DNA of 64,000 nt from sequence record PZ445524.1. One strand, 5' to 3'. Source of the stretch: a phage. Under the pieces are notes generated by a model. That model made no database searches, had not been told where the DNA came from, and worked only from the letters and a program-made list of their open reading frames with translations. This document shows positions 28,192 through 38,974 of the stretch, in pieces; within the stretch, counting starts at the first letter, position 1, and the number at the start of each line of letters is the position of its first letter. The translations under genes were made by a program, and so were the position numbers.

Positions 28192-29619
28192 CTAAAATTT
28201 TAATTCATTTGCCAAAGCATCTAACTGGGCTCGAGTGGATTCATTTCTTTGATAGCGATTCTGCTCAGCCTGAATCTGTTGTGAACCTGCTACTTCGTTC
28301 ACTTCAGTTGGAGTAGAATCTTGTTCAATTTCTACCCATTTCTGATTTCCTTTTTGAACACCCATCAAAAACTTATTCCATTTGTTCTTATCGCCATATC
28401 GTGATTTGATTTGCTTAATGAGTTGTTGTTCAGCAGCTGCTAACTCCTCGGTTTCAATGACCGCAAGCATAAAATCGGCTGTTGCTGGAAGACCGGCAGA
28501 TTCTGCAATATCGCTCATGTTAACATCAGAAGAATCCCAAGCTTGTTTACCAACCTGTGCTGCAGTCCAAAGAACAGTTTCGGTTTCAACAGCAAGAGCA
28601 CGCAATTCCTCTGCAATAGCTTTAACAGTTGTGTAACTATTTTCTGAATAAACTCTAATGCGGCAAGATTTACAAATACCCAGATAGTCGACAATAATGA
28701 TTGTTGGAACAAAATTCTTCTTGAGCTTCAATTCGTTTAAAAGTGATCGAAATGTATTAGCATCTGCTCCACCGGTAGGATACTGTTTAACGATTAAACG
28801 ACCGAGAGTAGATTTCTCACGCCATTTTTCCATTTTTCCTTTATATTCAGCGTAAGAAATATGCCCATCATCAATGTCATCAAGAGAAACATCAAGCATA
28901 TTAGCATCAATACGCTTAGCACAGACTTCTTCTGCCATTTCCATGGAAATGTAAAGAACATTATGTCCGAGCTGCAAATAATCTGCTGCCAATGAACACA
29001 GACCTAATGACTTACCAACGTTAACGCCAGCCATTAAAACGTTCAGTGTTCCAGTCTCAGCTCCGCCTTTAGTAATTTTGTTTAGAATTCTGAGTTTAAA
29101 TGGAACCTTACGAGCTTTATTCATATAAGATAGCCAACGTGCTTCGTAGTCAGCCATCCAATCATGACCAACGTAGCTATCAAATGAAATTGATAATGCT
29201 TGGCGCATGATGTCAGGAATAGCACCAACATCCGGCATTTTCTTATTTCGTTTTTCCGGAGGAAGCTCAGCATTAGTTTGAATTTCGATTATTTTAGACG
29301 TAGCATTAAACATCGCCCTTTGCTGAACATATTTTTCTGTTTCTTTTACTAACCAGCTGTGGTCTTCCGGAGAATCAGCCAGTTTTGAAATAAGTGTTTT
29401 TACACCAGAATATTCTGTTTCAGTAAATGAACTATTTTCTAATGCAACATTTAACGCATTAATAGATGGAACGCTATGATACTCATTGACATGAGATTTA
29501 ATTAATTTGAATGTATTTTTAGCTGGACCACTTTCAAAATATTCTGAATCCATATATGGCCAAACTTTTGAAAAATAAGCTTGATCAAATATGAGATGAG
29601 AAAGAATAATTTCTACCAC
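28192..29619 (-). CDS. 41: replicative DNA helicase (DnaB-like)
   Basis: 475 aa; Walker A GVNVGKS; T4 gp41 length. Confidence 0.95.
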   Translation of the reverse strand: MVEIILSHLIFDQAYFSKVWPYMDSEYFESGPAKNTFKLIKSHVNEYHSVPSINALNVALENSSFTETEYSGVKTLISKLADSPEDHSWLVKETEKYVQQRAMFNATSKIIEIQTNAELPPEKRNKKMPDVGAIPDIMRQALSISFDSYVGHDWMADYEARWLSYMNKARKVPFKLRILNKITKGGAETGTLNVLMAGVNVGKSLGLCSLAADYLQLGHNVLYISMEMAEEVCAKRIDANMLDVSLDDIDDGHISYAEYKGKMEKWREKSTLGRLIVKQYPTGGADANTFRSLLNELKLKKNFVPTIIIVDYLGICKSCRIRVYSENSYTTVKAIAEELRALAVETETVLWTAAQVGKQAWDSSDVNMSDIAESAGLPATADFMLAVIETEELAAAEQQLIKQIKSRYGDKNKWNKFLMGVQKGNQKWVEIEQDSTPTEVNEVAGSQQIQAEQNRYQRNESTRAQLDALANELKF

Positions 29620-29628
29620 ACTTACTCC

Positions 29629-29991
29629 TTAAAAGAATTTAAATTTTTTCTTTGACCTTTTATTAAATGCATCTTGTAGTTGCATTGTAATACATTTTTC
29701 TACATGAGGAGCTAACTCAGCTTTTCTTTCTTGGTCAAGAACAGCAAAGTCCATTACAACCTTTCCATCAACCCAATCCAGTTTAGTTACATACACTATA
29801 TGTGTAGAACCATCTTCTAGTTTAATGACAATCTCCTGGATAACATTTTCCATAGCGGATTTAATTATCTTAAGAGACTCATTAAAAAGACGTTCTTTTC
29901 TTTCTTCTTCCCCCTCCGAAGAGGGGGATTCATCGATAATTTCTAGATCTAAATCTAAATCATCTTTATTCATTAAATTCTTCCATATCAC
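29629..29991 (-). CDS. 40: gp40 head vertex assembly chaperone (positional)
   Basis: 120 aa ORF between uvsX and 41, as gene 40 in T4. Confidence 0.6.
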   Translation of the reverse strand: MIWKNLMNKDDLDLDLEIIDESPSSEGEEERKERLFNESLKIIKSAMENVIQEIVIKLEDGSTHIVYVTKLDWVDGKVVMDFAVLDQERKAELAPHVEKCITMQLQDAFNKRSKKKFKFF

Positions 29992-31147
29992 TTAACTGTT
30001 CAAGGTCAGTTTCTAAATCAGCTGCTGATTTACTTTTACTTTCTGGAGATTTAAATTTTTCAACCTTTGAGTTAATCAATTCATCAACTTCAGCTTCAAC
30101 AATTTCATTACTATCAATAGCACCTAACTGATAAGCACGTTTAATAGCATCTCGGAATGGTTGATGCTTAAATAAAGGACCCCAGAATGTAGTACAGTTA
30201 GTATCTTTTGCACGCCAAGATTTTTCTTCGCGAATCATCTCGCCGGTTTCTTCGTCAAGAAATTCACGAGCATACCAGCCATTTTTTGGTTTTACTACAA
30301 ATCCTAATTCTAGAGCCATATCTAACAATCCAGAATAAGGATCGATACCACCGTCAAATTTAACATCAATAAAGAATTTACTTTTTTCTTTAACGGTACG
30401 AGATTTTTCTACATTTAGAACAAATTGATACCCCTGAAGATCAGAACCATCTTTAATCTGACGCTTACCGATAATGAATACAGTATCAGCCGAATACATT
30501 ACGCCTGTACCACCTGTCATCACGGTTTTACTAAACATTTCAATTGTTTCAATTGTATGGTTAACCGCAACACATGGAATATTTTTAATGCTAAAATAAG
30601 GAGTAACAATACGGAATAATGACTTCAGTGATTTAGCACGAGTCATATCTGCCACAGATTTTTCATTCAAGGCATCTTCCGTTTCTTTCTTAGAAGCCAT
30701 ATTACCGATTGAGTCGATGAATACAATAACCTTTTCACCACGCTCAATAGCTTCAAGCTGGTTCACCATATCAATTTTCAGCTGTTCAACTGACTGAATT
30801 GGCGTATGAATTACTCGTTCCGGGTCAACTCCCATGGATCGCAAATAAGCTGGAGTAATACCAAATTCGCTATCATAGAATAAACAAACCGCGTCAGGAT
30901 ATTTGTTCAAATACGCTGCAACCATAGTCAAAGACATATTTGATTTAAAGTGTTTAGAAGGCCCTGCGAAAATAGTTAAACCAGACTGCATACCGCCATC
31001 AATCGCACCAGAAATAGCAATATTAAGCATTGGGATTTTTGTGCGAATTACATCCTTTTCATTAAAGAATTTAGATGTAGTCAGTTCAGCAGTCATTTTA
31101 GAAGTGGAAGCTTTAATCAAACGGGATTTTAAATCTGCAATAGACAT
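29966..31147 (-). CDS. uvsX: UvsX recombinase (RecA-like)
   Basis: 393 aa; Walker A GPSKHFKS; RecA fold; T4 UvsX length. Confidence 0.95.
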   Translation of the reverse strand: MSIADLKSRLIKASTSKMTAELTTSKFFNEKDVIRTKIPMLNIAISGAIDGGMQSGLTIFAGPSKHFKSNMSLTMVAAYLNKYPDAVCLFYDSEFGITPAYLRSMGVDPERVIHTPIQSVEQLKIDMVNQLEAIERGEKVIVFIDSIGNMASKKETEDALNEKSVADMTRAKSLKSLFRIVTPYFSIKNIPCVAVNHTIETIEMFSKTVMTGGTGVMYSADTVFIIGKRQIKDGSDLQGYQFVLNVEKSRTVKEKSKFFIDVKFDGGIDPYSGLLDMALELGFVVKPKNGWYAREFLDEETGEMIREEKSWRAKDTNCTTFWGPLFKHQPFRDAIKRAYQLGAIDSNEIVEAEVDELINSKVEKFKSPESKSKSAADLETDLEQLSDMEEFNE

Positions 31148-31454
31148 TCATTTTTTCCATAGGCATCATTATATTTTTCTCGCGGTTTATAATAAAGGGT
31201 TTATACTTAGAGTTTAACTACATTAAAACTTATTTAAGATAGAATAATTTTATCACTCAATCTTTTAGCATTATCGCTTGAAGTCTCAGTTAACTGAGCA
31301 TTTGGCTATTCGATGAACTTCTCTCTTTTCTAATCAATATAACAAAAGAAGTCCCAAAAAGCAAACAGACCTAAACCGATAATAAGCAATAAAGGTCCTA
31401 ACATTTATTCCACCGGTTAAAGATAAATAACTTTCTAATAATAGTTCATAATTT

Positions 31455-32510
31455 TTATAAATCAATAGCTTTTTTGAACGCATCTTGCCATTCGGCTTTC
31501 TTTTCACGGGTTTTATTTAAAATATCATGTTGAATAGAAAGCATCTCTTTACGTAAAACATCACTGTGTTTTAACTCATTGACTCTATCAATGAGTTCAG
31601 CACGATTATTTACATAAAAACGAGCATCATTAATAATTCGATGTTTGGTATCAAATTCTTCGTCAATTAGCATCACTGCATCAGATGCCATTGTTTCCCA
31701 GACGCGTAAGGTAATAAAGTTGTCATTATAATTCTTGTCACCAATAATTAATGCAGCAATAGCTTGACTATTCTTTTCAGATACCATGTTCATAGGAATT
31801 TTTCCAGTGAACACCGGAGCTTTGGTCCAAGGATATTTAGGATTTTTAAACTGTTTTTCTCGTGCATTGCCAAAAAACTCAATATTTAAACCGGTGTCAA
31901 ATAAGAATTCTACCATCTTGGATTCGCGTTGACCGGACCGAAATGAACCGCCATAAATAACATCCAAAGTTTTCTTGGTAGGCTTAGATAATTGAAAATC
32001 GTTCATATGAATTTTATATTGTTCAATAGGAAAATATTCAAATTCAATAACATTATCAACTTTCTTATGCGCAGCCTTAGCAATGTCTAAATTTATACCT
32101 TGGGAAATCACTTTAATTGGTGATTTAATTAATAGCTCTTCTTCAGTGTACAAATATGCCCATGGTCTATTTTTAACATTTGGCCAAGACTGCGAAAACG
32201 GCAAACGTATATCTGTAAATAAATAATAAATTTTACTTTTGTATTTTGCCATAAATTTTTGCGCAGATAAAATTGCTAAATTAGGTTTACCACCAAAAAA
32301 GTTAATAGAAGAATTAACAACTATCAAACGGTCATAATCATTAACATCTACTTCATCAAAAGATTTAGTGTAAACACCATTTTTAAGAGAAATAATGTCG
32401 ACATTAAGACCCATTTCAGAAATAACTTTAAAAAGATAAATAGTTTCAGAAGATGGAACAGTTTTAAAATTAATAACATTATTACCCATATTAATTATAG
32501 CAATTTTCAT
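31455..32510 (-). CDS. bgt: DNA beta-glucosyltransferase
   Basis: 351 aa; sequence recognised as T4 beta-gt (MKIAIINMGNNVINFKTV...). Confidence 0.9.
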   Translation of the reverse strand: MKIAIINMGNNVINFKTVPSSETIYLFKVISEMGLNVDIISLKNGVYTKSFDEVDVNDYDRLIVVNSSINFFGGKPNLAILSAQKFMAKYKSKIYYLFTDIRLPFSQSWPNVKNRPWAYLYTEEELLIKSPIKVISQGINLDIAKAAHKKVDNVIEFEYFPIEQYKIHMNDFQLSKPTKKTLDVIYGGSFRSGQRESKMVEFLFDTGLNIEFFGNAREKQFKNPKYPWTKAPVFTGKIPMNMVSEKNSQAIAALIIGDKNYNDNFITLRVWETMASDAVMLIDEEFDTKHRIINDARFYVNNRAELIDRVNELKHSDVLRKEMLSIQHDILNKTREKKAEWQDAFKKAIDL

Positions 32511-32533
32511 ATTATTCCTTTTATGTTAAACGA

Positions 32534-33274
32534 TTAAGCGTATTTTCCTACATAATCTTTTTTCGAAATATGTGTTTCGCCAGTATTCCACCAATGATCA
32601 ACCAAGTAAAAATGACGAGAATACACATGTAGGCTTCCAACATTCCATATAATGGAACCTGCTTTATACTGGCGAGTTGAATCACCTGCATTCAAATCAG
32701 ATACTAATTTATCTAATACGTATTTTTGCCATGCATAATCATTACGGAATCCGAAGACCACGTCATTTGAGCGCATGTTAACAACCGCATTGATTTTCTT
32801 GTCACGAATCAGGTATTGTACTGTATTCGTGCACATAAAATCTGACATACCATCTTTATTATAGTCAAACTGCATAGATGGACGAGTATAAATCATGATA
32901 CCACGTCGAGAATCAGGATTTTGACCAAGTTCAGCTAAACACATATCATACTGGGCATAGTTATCTTCTGACCAAATAGCCCAACCATAATTCGAGTTAA
33001 TTTCGCCTTTAGAAGATGCTACTTGTTGCCAAATCTTCGGTGTTTCACCCGGAATATCTTTAACGAACAAGCTCTTAGATTTATACCATTCAAGTTCACG
33101 CTGAATGTATTCATCATTAAGAGCGCCAAAAATAAACGGTTCATCTGCTACAAATGATGCGCCAATAATTTCAATAGTTTTAACACCAGTTTTATCAACT
33201 ACGAAATCTTTTTCTTTTAATGCAAGCCCCAAATGAAGACGGATTTCTTCAACTGTCATAGAGTCACTAATCAT
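32534..33274 (-). CDS. 42: dCMP hydroxymethylase
   Basis: 246 aa; thymidylate-synthase-like fold; T4 gp42 length. Confidence 0.9.
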   Translation of the reverse strand: MISDSMTVEEIRLHLGLALKEKDFVVDKTGVKTIEIIGASFVADEPFIFGALNDEYIQRELEWYKSKSLFVKDIPGETPKIWQQVASSKGEINSNYGWAIWSEDNYAQYDMCLAELGQNPDSRRGIMIYTRPSMQFDYNKDGMSDFMCTNTVQYLIRDKKINAVVNMRSNDVVFGFRNDYAWQKYVLDKLVSDLNAGDSTRQYKAGSIIWNVGSLHVYSRHFYLVDHWWNTGETHISKKDYVGKYA

Positions 33275-33427
33275 TTAAACCTCAATTGATACATTCATAT
33301 TTAACTTGTAACAGTAATAAACCCCAACCTAAAATAATAGTTGGAATCATAAGAGGAACCGTTACACTATAGTATATACTTATTATAACCATCAAGATTA
33401 AAAGCAATGCTGCTATAATTTTGCTTT

Positions 33428-33679
33428 TCATTCCTTCTCTCTGATGATAATTACCTGATTTGGCTGTGCAGACTTTTTAGTTTCACCGGCAATTGACCAA
33501 ATAAATGTAATAAACCAACCAATAATTGACCAGTTAAACAGTAAAGATGTGAAAAAGATTCCTACTGTCGATTTTGACCCACGCATCAAGGCAATGAACC
33601 ATGGAAGCATGTATATAATAATAGCCAACACGCCTGAAACTAAAACCATAAAAATTGAACCTGCTACTAAAGTTTCCAT
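33428..33679 (-). CDS. imm: Imm superinfection immunity membrane protein
   Basis: 83 aa, two TM helices; between 42 and 43. Confidence 0.8.
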   Translation of the reverse strand: METLVAGSIFMVLVSGVLAIIIYMLPWFIALMRGSKSTVGIFFTSLLFNWSIIGWFITFIWSIAGETKKSAQPNQVIIIREKE

Positions 33680-33686
33680 GTTTTCC

Positions 33687-34067
33687 TCACTTAGTCAAAT
33701 TTTTTACACATGAATTATAAGAATTCACTACATACTCCATCGGAGCATTTTTACCGGTACGCCACTGGTAATTATTAGCCCAATTTGCCCAAAGCACAGC
33801 ACAGTAGTTTTCAATTTTTTCTTCGCGTGTAATTACATCCGAATTACGATATGCTTGAGCAGATTCATCTGGACGAATAGCTTCGTCAAAATTCGCCTGC
33901 ATTTGTTCTACTGTCTGTTTTGGAGCTTCTTTATAACACTTGACATTAGGATTATAAAATTTGCTTGAACAGTTTACAATTTTTCCTACATCAGACTGAT
34001 TTACTACCGGTCCTTGAGCTACACAACCAGCAAGACCTAATGCAATAACCAAAATAGCGATTTTCAT
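33687..34067 (-). CDS. putative lipoprotein (126 aa), imm.1-like
   Basis: trimmed from TTG to ATG (MKIAILVIALGLAGC lipobox); conserved leader GGAG upstream. Confidence 0.6.
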   Translation of the reverse strand: MKIAILVIALGLAGCVAQGPVVNQSDVGKIVNCSSKFYNPNVKCYKEAPKQTVEQMQANFDEAIRPDESAQAYRNSDVITREEKIENYCAVLWANWANNYQWRTGKNAPMEYVVNSYNSCVKNLTK

Positions 34068-34104
34068 TTCATTCTCCAAATCCGTATCAGTAGTTGATAG
34101 TTGT

Positions 34105-34134
34105 ATAGTACCATAGAAGAACAGGGATGTAAAC
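34105..34134 (-). promoter_or_regulatory. early promoter with conserved leader
   Basis: GTTTAC-N18-TACTATACAACTATCAACTACTGATACGGATTTGGAG. Confidence 0.55.
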
Positions 34135-34219
34135 AGTTTTATGAAAAAAAATTTTTAGGGAATCCAAAGGGTCCAGAATCATCTCTTTTTCATAAGTATA
34201 GATTTATATTACTTGTATG

Positions 34220-34240
34220 AAAAAGGGACCTGGAGGTCCC
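34220..34240 (-). terminator. rho-independent terminator downstream of gene 43
   Basis: minus strand GGGACC-UCCA-GGUCCC followed by UUUUU. Confidence 0.65.
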
Positions 34241-34253
34241 TAGATTTATTCTA

Positions 34254-36950
34254 TCAGCCAAACAGGAAGTCTAACGAAGCTTTTTCTTCATAGTCCATGC
34301 CAGCCGATTCACACATACCCGCAAGCGGTTTAACAAACGATTTTTGGAACAAAGTTGAGTGGTCAATCCAAGATAGTACATCAGAACGAATTTCTTTTGG
34401 AAGTTCTGTACCCGATGGCCAAGCAATGCACTTGTCACCAAATGGATTTCCTTCACGTAATGGAAGAACCATTACCTTATTTCCATCCAAAATTGGAGCT
34501 ACACCCAGACCACTAACAGCTCGACGATAAGTTAGCACACCGCGAATATGGAACGGGCATTTAAATCCTGGCCAACCTTTATCATCATATTTCGCTATAT
34601 CGTTCGCAGTTTTTACTTCAGCAATAACTTTATAGTCAAGTTGACGATATTCTTTCTCGAAGTTCTTGTAGTATTCTTGGACAGACTCTTCACCTTCCTG
34701 AAGAATACGACGAATACTTTCTTCGAGAGCTTCTTGCACTGCTTTTGGTGTTGAACTCTGCTGAGTTTCCATACCCATGATTTTTAGATGCGGTTCAGCA
34801 AATCGTTTATCTTCCATATCATAAACGTTCAGAGCATAACGCTTTTTCGCTTTCCAAAATCCACCAACACCCTTTGAACCAAGTGGAGGGCAAGAAATAG
34901 CTTCACGGTCCATATGCATCAGATGCTCGCGGTTATTCATATAATCACATAACTCACGATATGCAACATCAATCATAGGTTCCATCTTTTTCTTACCGAA
35001 CTGATTCATAAATTCAACCAAATCGTTCTGCTCTTTGAATCGGTCAAGACCTACTTTTTCAATAACTTTATCTACACAAACATATACAGAATCAGTATCA
35101 CCTGCTGCAATGAAATCTTCGCCATTAGTTCCGCATACTTTATTCAGATATTCATTAATTTTACGAGCAATCCACTGAATACCGACTTGACCAAAAATTG
35201 TGATAGCAGTAGCATTTCGCAAATCATAGTAACGGAAATGAATATTACCAAGAGCACCATAAAGACTGTTAATGAGAATTTTACGGTTTAGCTGATTTGT
35301 ATTAGCAAGTGTAGCCGCTTTTTCACATTCTTCAATCAGACTATTGAGAACAGATTCGGTGTAATTCGATAGTTCATTTAAGAAATCATCACTGAACTTA
35401 ACATATCGTTCAACTTCTGGTTTAGTTGAACAAGACCCTGCGCCTTTCATAATAATCTTTTTAATAGCTTCGGCATTCATTTCTTCAGCGAACATTTTCT
35501 TTTTCCAATCTTTACGCTGGAAAAATACTTTAGCGATTTCCTTTGGAATGATACCTTCTTGATGCTTATCATACATCCATCCATTCGGAGAACAAGAATA
35601 TTCATCACTCGGTTTAGGAGCTGTTCCTGCGATATATTCATGAATTGGATGAACTTTAAACTGACCACGAATAGTCTCAGGACTAATGTTAACCTGACGA
35701 ATAATGCTCGGATACAGAGACGTCAAGTCAAAACTCATAATATATCGACGAGCAATTGGTTTAGGTTCAAATACAAATGCACCCGGAAAACTTTGTTTAA
35801 CGTGCGAACCTTGCTGAGGAATAACCTTATGTTCACCTTTCAATGAGTTAAAAATAATAGCATCCCAAGTTTTAATAGGACTCATTACGCCAGAAAAAGG
35901 CATTTTAGCGTAATAAGACATACTTAAAACTAGATCGATAAACCCGCGAATTTTATCGATTGCTTGAACTGATTCTACGTCAATGATGTTATAACTAATG
36001 TATCGTTGATGATTAGTCTCACGAAGTTTATTAATAGGACCGTCGTATGGTAATTTACCTTTTTTGGTTTCATGCTGAGCAACTGATTCCAAAGAGAATG
36101 ACGGCAAATTAGTAAAAGCGAATTTCTTGTACAAATCTAAATAATCAAGAATAGATACGCCATCAATAGAATAAATTTCTTTGCTACCGTACATATTTTG
36201 AATTAGTTTAGATTTTACCCGACCGATTGGAGAGAAGCGTTTCATACTGCGTTCACCCAGAATCATTTTAACGCGATTCATGATATACGGAACGTCAAAT
36301 CCCTCAATATTCCAACCAGTAAAAATAGCAGGTCGTTTCTGTTCCCAGAGATTGATATATTCCATGAGCATATCACGCTCATTATCGAATGGCATATAAA
36401 TTACTCGGTCAAGAATTTCTTGAGGAACTTCATCACCACCTTCACAGTCAAGCTTAGCAGCTAACTTTGCATCCCATTTTGATACTGAACCATACATTGA
36501 ATTCAAAAGGTCGAAAACATAAAAACGGTCATCAATTGAATCGTAATGAGTGATAGCATCAATTTCATATTCAGCTTTCATTGGGTCAGGAAATTTATCA
36601 CCAGTAACCTCAATGTCACAGTTAGCTACACGAACAAATTTTCGGTCATAAACAATTTCTGAACCATACGTATCACTGATATAAGCGAGTTTAAAATCGT
36701 TCATACCGAGAGCTTCGAGACCGATGTCTTCCATTCGCTTCATCCAATCTCGAGCATCTTTCATTGATGGAAATTTTTGAGGAGCGCAATTTTTACCATA
36801 GATGTCTTTGTACTTTGACTCTTCCTTACAATGCCTAAACATAGTCGGAAGATATTCTACTTCACGAGTACGTTCCTTTCCGTTTTCATCAATATAACGT
36901 TCAACAATGTTATTTCCGACTGTTTCAATAGAGATATAAAATTCTTTCAT
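34254..36950 (-). CDS. 43: DNA polymerase (family B) with 3'-5' exonuclease
   Basis: 898 aa; sequence recognised as T4-type gp43; exo motifs and DTDS polymerase motif. Confidence 0.98.
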   Translation of the reverse strand: MKEFYISIETVGNNIVERYIDENGKERTREVEYLPTMFRHCKEESKYKDIYGKNCAPQKFPSMKDARDWMKRMEDIGLEALGMNDFKLAYISDTYGSEIVYDRKFVRVANCDIEVTGDKFPDPMKAEYEIDAITHYDSIDDRFYVFDLLNSMYGSVSKWDAKLAAKLDCEGGDEVPQEILDRVIYMPFDNERDMLMEYINLWEQKRPAIFTGWNIEGFDVPYIMNRVKMILGERSMKRFSPIGRVKSKLIQNMYGSKEIYSIDGVSILDYLDLYKKFAFTNLPSFSLESVAQHETKKGKLPYDGPINKLRETNHQRYISYNIIDVESVQAIDKIRGFIDLVLSMSYYAKMPFSGVMSPIKTWDAIIFNSLKGEHKVIPQQGSHVKQSFPGAFVFEPKPIARRYIMSFDLTSLYPSIIRQVNISPETIRGQFKVHPIHEYIAGTAPKPSDEYSCSPNGWMYDKHQEGIIPKEIAKVFFQRKDWKKKMFAEEMNAEAIKKIIMKGAGSCSTKPEVERYVKFSDDFLNELSNYTESVLNSLIEECEKAATLANTNQLNRKILINSLYGALGNIHFRYYDLRNATAITIFGQVGIQWIARKINEYLNKVCGTNGEDFIAAGDTDSVYVCVDKVIEKVGLDRFKEQNDLVEFMNQFGKKKMEPMIDVAYRELCDYMNNREHLMHMDREAISCPPLGSKGVGGFWKAKKRYALNVYDMEDKRFAEPHLKIMGMETQQSSTPKAVQEALEESIRRILQEGEESVQEYYKNFEKEYRQLDYKVIAEVKTANDIAKYDDKGWPGFKCPFHIRGVLTYRRAVSGLGVAPILDGNKVMVLPLREGNPFGDKCIAWPSGTELPKEIRSDVLSWIDHSTLFQKSFVKPLAGMCESAGMDYEEKASLDFLFG

Positions 36951-36986
36951 AGATATTCCTTAGTTTATAGCCCGAGTTATTAGGCT
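36951..36986 (-). promoter_or_regulatory. gene 43 translational operator (hairpin + SD region bound by gp43)
   Basis: RNA AGCCU-AAUAACUC-GGGCU (5-bp stem, 8-nt loop) at 36986-36969, followed by AUAAACUAAGGAAUAUCU-AUG. Confidence 0.7.
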
Positions 36987-37010
36987 CTTGATATATTATA
37001 CTCCAAATAA

Positions 37011-37024
37011 GGGGCCGAAGCCCC
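37011..37024 (-). promoter_or_regulatory. GGGGC-UUCG-GCCCC tetraloop hairpin between regA and 43
   Basis: perfect stem with UUCG loop on minus-strand RNA, right after regA stop. Confidence 0.6.
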
Positions 37025-37028
37025 TTGC

Positions 37029-37397
37029 TTAATTACCAATCGTATATTTAGGAACGAGTTTCCATTCATGTTTTTGTTTAAAAGAAATAACTCGGAAGTT
37101 ATTAGTTAAATCTTTCATAAAAGTTCTTTGACCAGGAACGATTTCAATCAGTCCCCAATCTTCTAACAGCCATGCAATCGAATCACGACGAACTTCATCT
37201 TCTTCTGTCATTTCAACTTGGCGACCATCCATACGAAGCATTTCTTTAAAATGAACGATATAGTATAGTCCTTTTTTCTGAAGAATATGACAGGACTGAT
37301 ACAGAACTTTATCTTTATTATTAGCAATTCCCATACGAGTCAAAGTTTCTTTTACTTTCAGAAAATCTTCAGGTTTTTTAAGAGTAATTTCAATCAT
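37029..37397 (-). CDS. regA: RegA translational repressor
   Basis: 122 aa, T4 RegA length; position 62-regA-43. Confidence 0.9.
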   Translation of the reverse strand: MIEITLKKPEDFLKVKETLTRMGIANNKDKVLYQSCHILQKKGLYYIVHFKEMLRMDGRQVEMTEEDEVRRDSIAWLLEDWGLIEIVPGQRTFMKDLTNNFRVISFKQKHEWKLVPKYTIGN

Positions 37398-37398
37398 T

Positions 37399-37962
37399 TT
37401 ACCATTCCAATGCTAGTTTTTTGAGTTGTTTCTGTTCTTTTACGTTCTTAGTCACTTCTTTCAAAAAATCATCCGTGACTAAACCTTTTAGTTCTTTTAA
37501 TACTAAAGGAAGTTTTCCATTTTTAGTAAGAATTGATTTATAGTTAATTGCATCATTTGTATTAACTTGATACCGCTTAGCAAGTAACTTAATAATCAAT
37601 ACTTCGGTGGAATCTTCAACCAGTTTTGCCCATTTACCATATCTTTTACCACGAGGAACTGCAGCCATTAGATAATTAAAATGAGCTTCATCACTTAAGC
37701 CTGATCCAATTAAATTCATAGCATATACAGCTGGCATGCACTCTGGAAATTGTGATAATGCATTCTCAACCATGAATTTTGAATAATCTTTTTGAGCAAT
37801 AGAACATTTAGTTTTATTATTGATAGCTCCAATTATTTCAAAAAATTCATTTTCAGCTTTTTCTTTAAAAGAATCAGCAGCGGATTGGACAGCTGTCCAA
37901 TCTTTTGAATACCAAGCAACTTGATGCTCGTTTAATTGAATATCATCTTCAAATAAGCTCAT
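37399..37962 (-). CDS. 62: clamp loader small subunit
   Basis: 187 aa from MSLFEDD; downstream of 44. Confidence 0.9.
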   Translation of the reverse strand: MSLFEDDIQLNEHQVAWYSKDWTAVQSAADSFKEKAENEFFEIIGAINNKTKCSIAQKDYSKFMVENALSQFPECMPAVYAMNLIGSGLSDEAHFNYLMAAVPRGKRYGKWAKLVEDSTEVLIIKLLAKRYQVNTNDAINYKSILTKNGKLPLVLKELKGLVTDDFLKEVTKNVKEQKQLKKLALEW

Positions 37963-37963
37963 A

Positions 37964-38923
37964 TCACTTCCACTGCATTTCACATGCTAATTGAATGAAA
38001 AGATAAGCTAGATGCAATTCAGTATTAGCTGCAATACCATGATACTGATTATTTTCGCCGACAATTTCGTACATACGAATAATACTTTGTGGAGTTACAC
38101 GTGAATAGATTTCTTCGGCAAGTTTACCCACGAACCACGAATAATCAGCTGCATATTTTGGTGCTAAAGCTCTGAGTTGTTTAACATCTTTATTTTTGAG
38201 AGACTCAAGAACATCATCAATAGCACCACGATCGTTAGTAACCAGTGATAAAATACCAGCATCCAAAACACCTTTAGATGAATAACTATCGAGCTCGCCA
38301 ATAGTTTTACGAAAATCAGGAAAATTCTTTTTAACCAAAGCTGCTACAACTTTCATATCAGCTATAGCAATTCCTTCATGCTTACAGATTTCAGTCAATC
38401 GACGAATCATCTGCTTCATCATTTCAATTTTATCTTCATCGGTCGGTTGACCGAATGTAATAACTCGACAGCGTGACTGAAGTGGTTTAATAATACCATC
38501 AATATTGTTAGCAGTAATAATAATACTACAGTTTGAACTATAAGCTTCCATAAAGGAACGAAGATGTCGCTGAGACTCTGCTAACCCTGAGCGGTCAAAT
38601 TCATCAATAACGATTACTTTTTGACGACCATCAAATGAAGCGGCGCTGGCAAAATTAGTCAAAGGACCGCGAACGAAATCAATTTTACAGTCTGATCCAT
38701 TTACAAACATCATATCAGCATTTACATCATGACACAATGCTTTTGCTACAGTTGTTTTACCTGTTCCTGGAGAAGGAGAATGAAGAATAATATGTGGAAT
38801 CTTACCTTTACTTGTAATAGATTTAAAGGTTTCTTTATCAAAGGCGGGAAGAATACATTCATCGATAGTAGATGGACGATATTTCTGTTCAAGAATGTGT
38901 TCTTTTTCATTTACGGTAATCAT
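37964..38923 (-). CDS. 44: clamp loader ATPase subunit (AAA+)
   Basis: 319 aa from [15 protein letters not shown]; Walker A GTGKTT. Confidence 0.95.
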
Positions 38924-38957
38924 AATTTCCTCATTCAAGTTTTAGTGTAAATTATAA

Positions 38958-38971
38958 AGGGCCGAAGCCCT
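38958..38971 (-). promoter_or_regulatory. AGGGC-UUCG-GCCCU hairpin between 45 and 44
   Basis: seen on minus-strand RNA immediately after gene 45 stop. Confidence 0.55.
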
Positions 38972-38974
38972 CTA

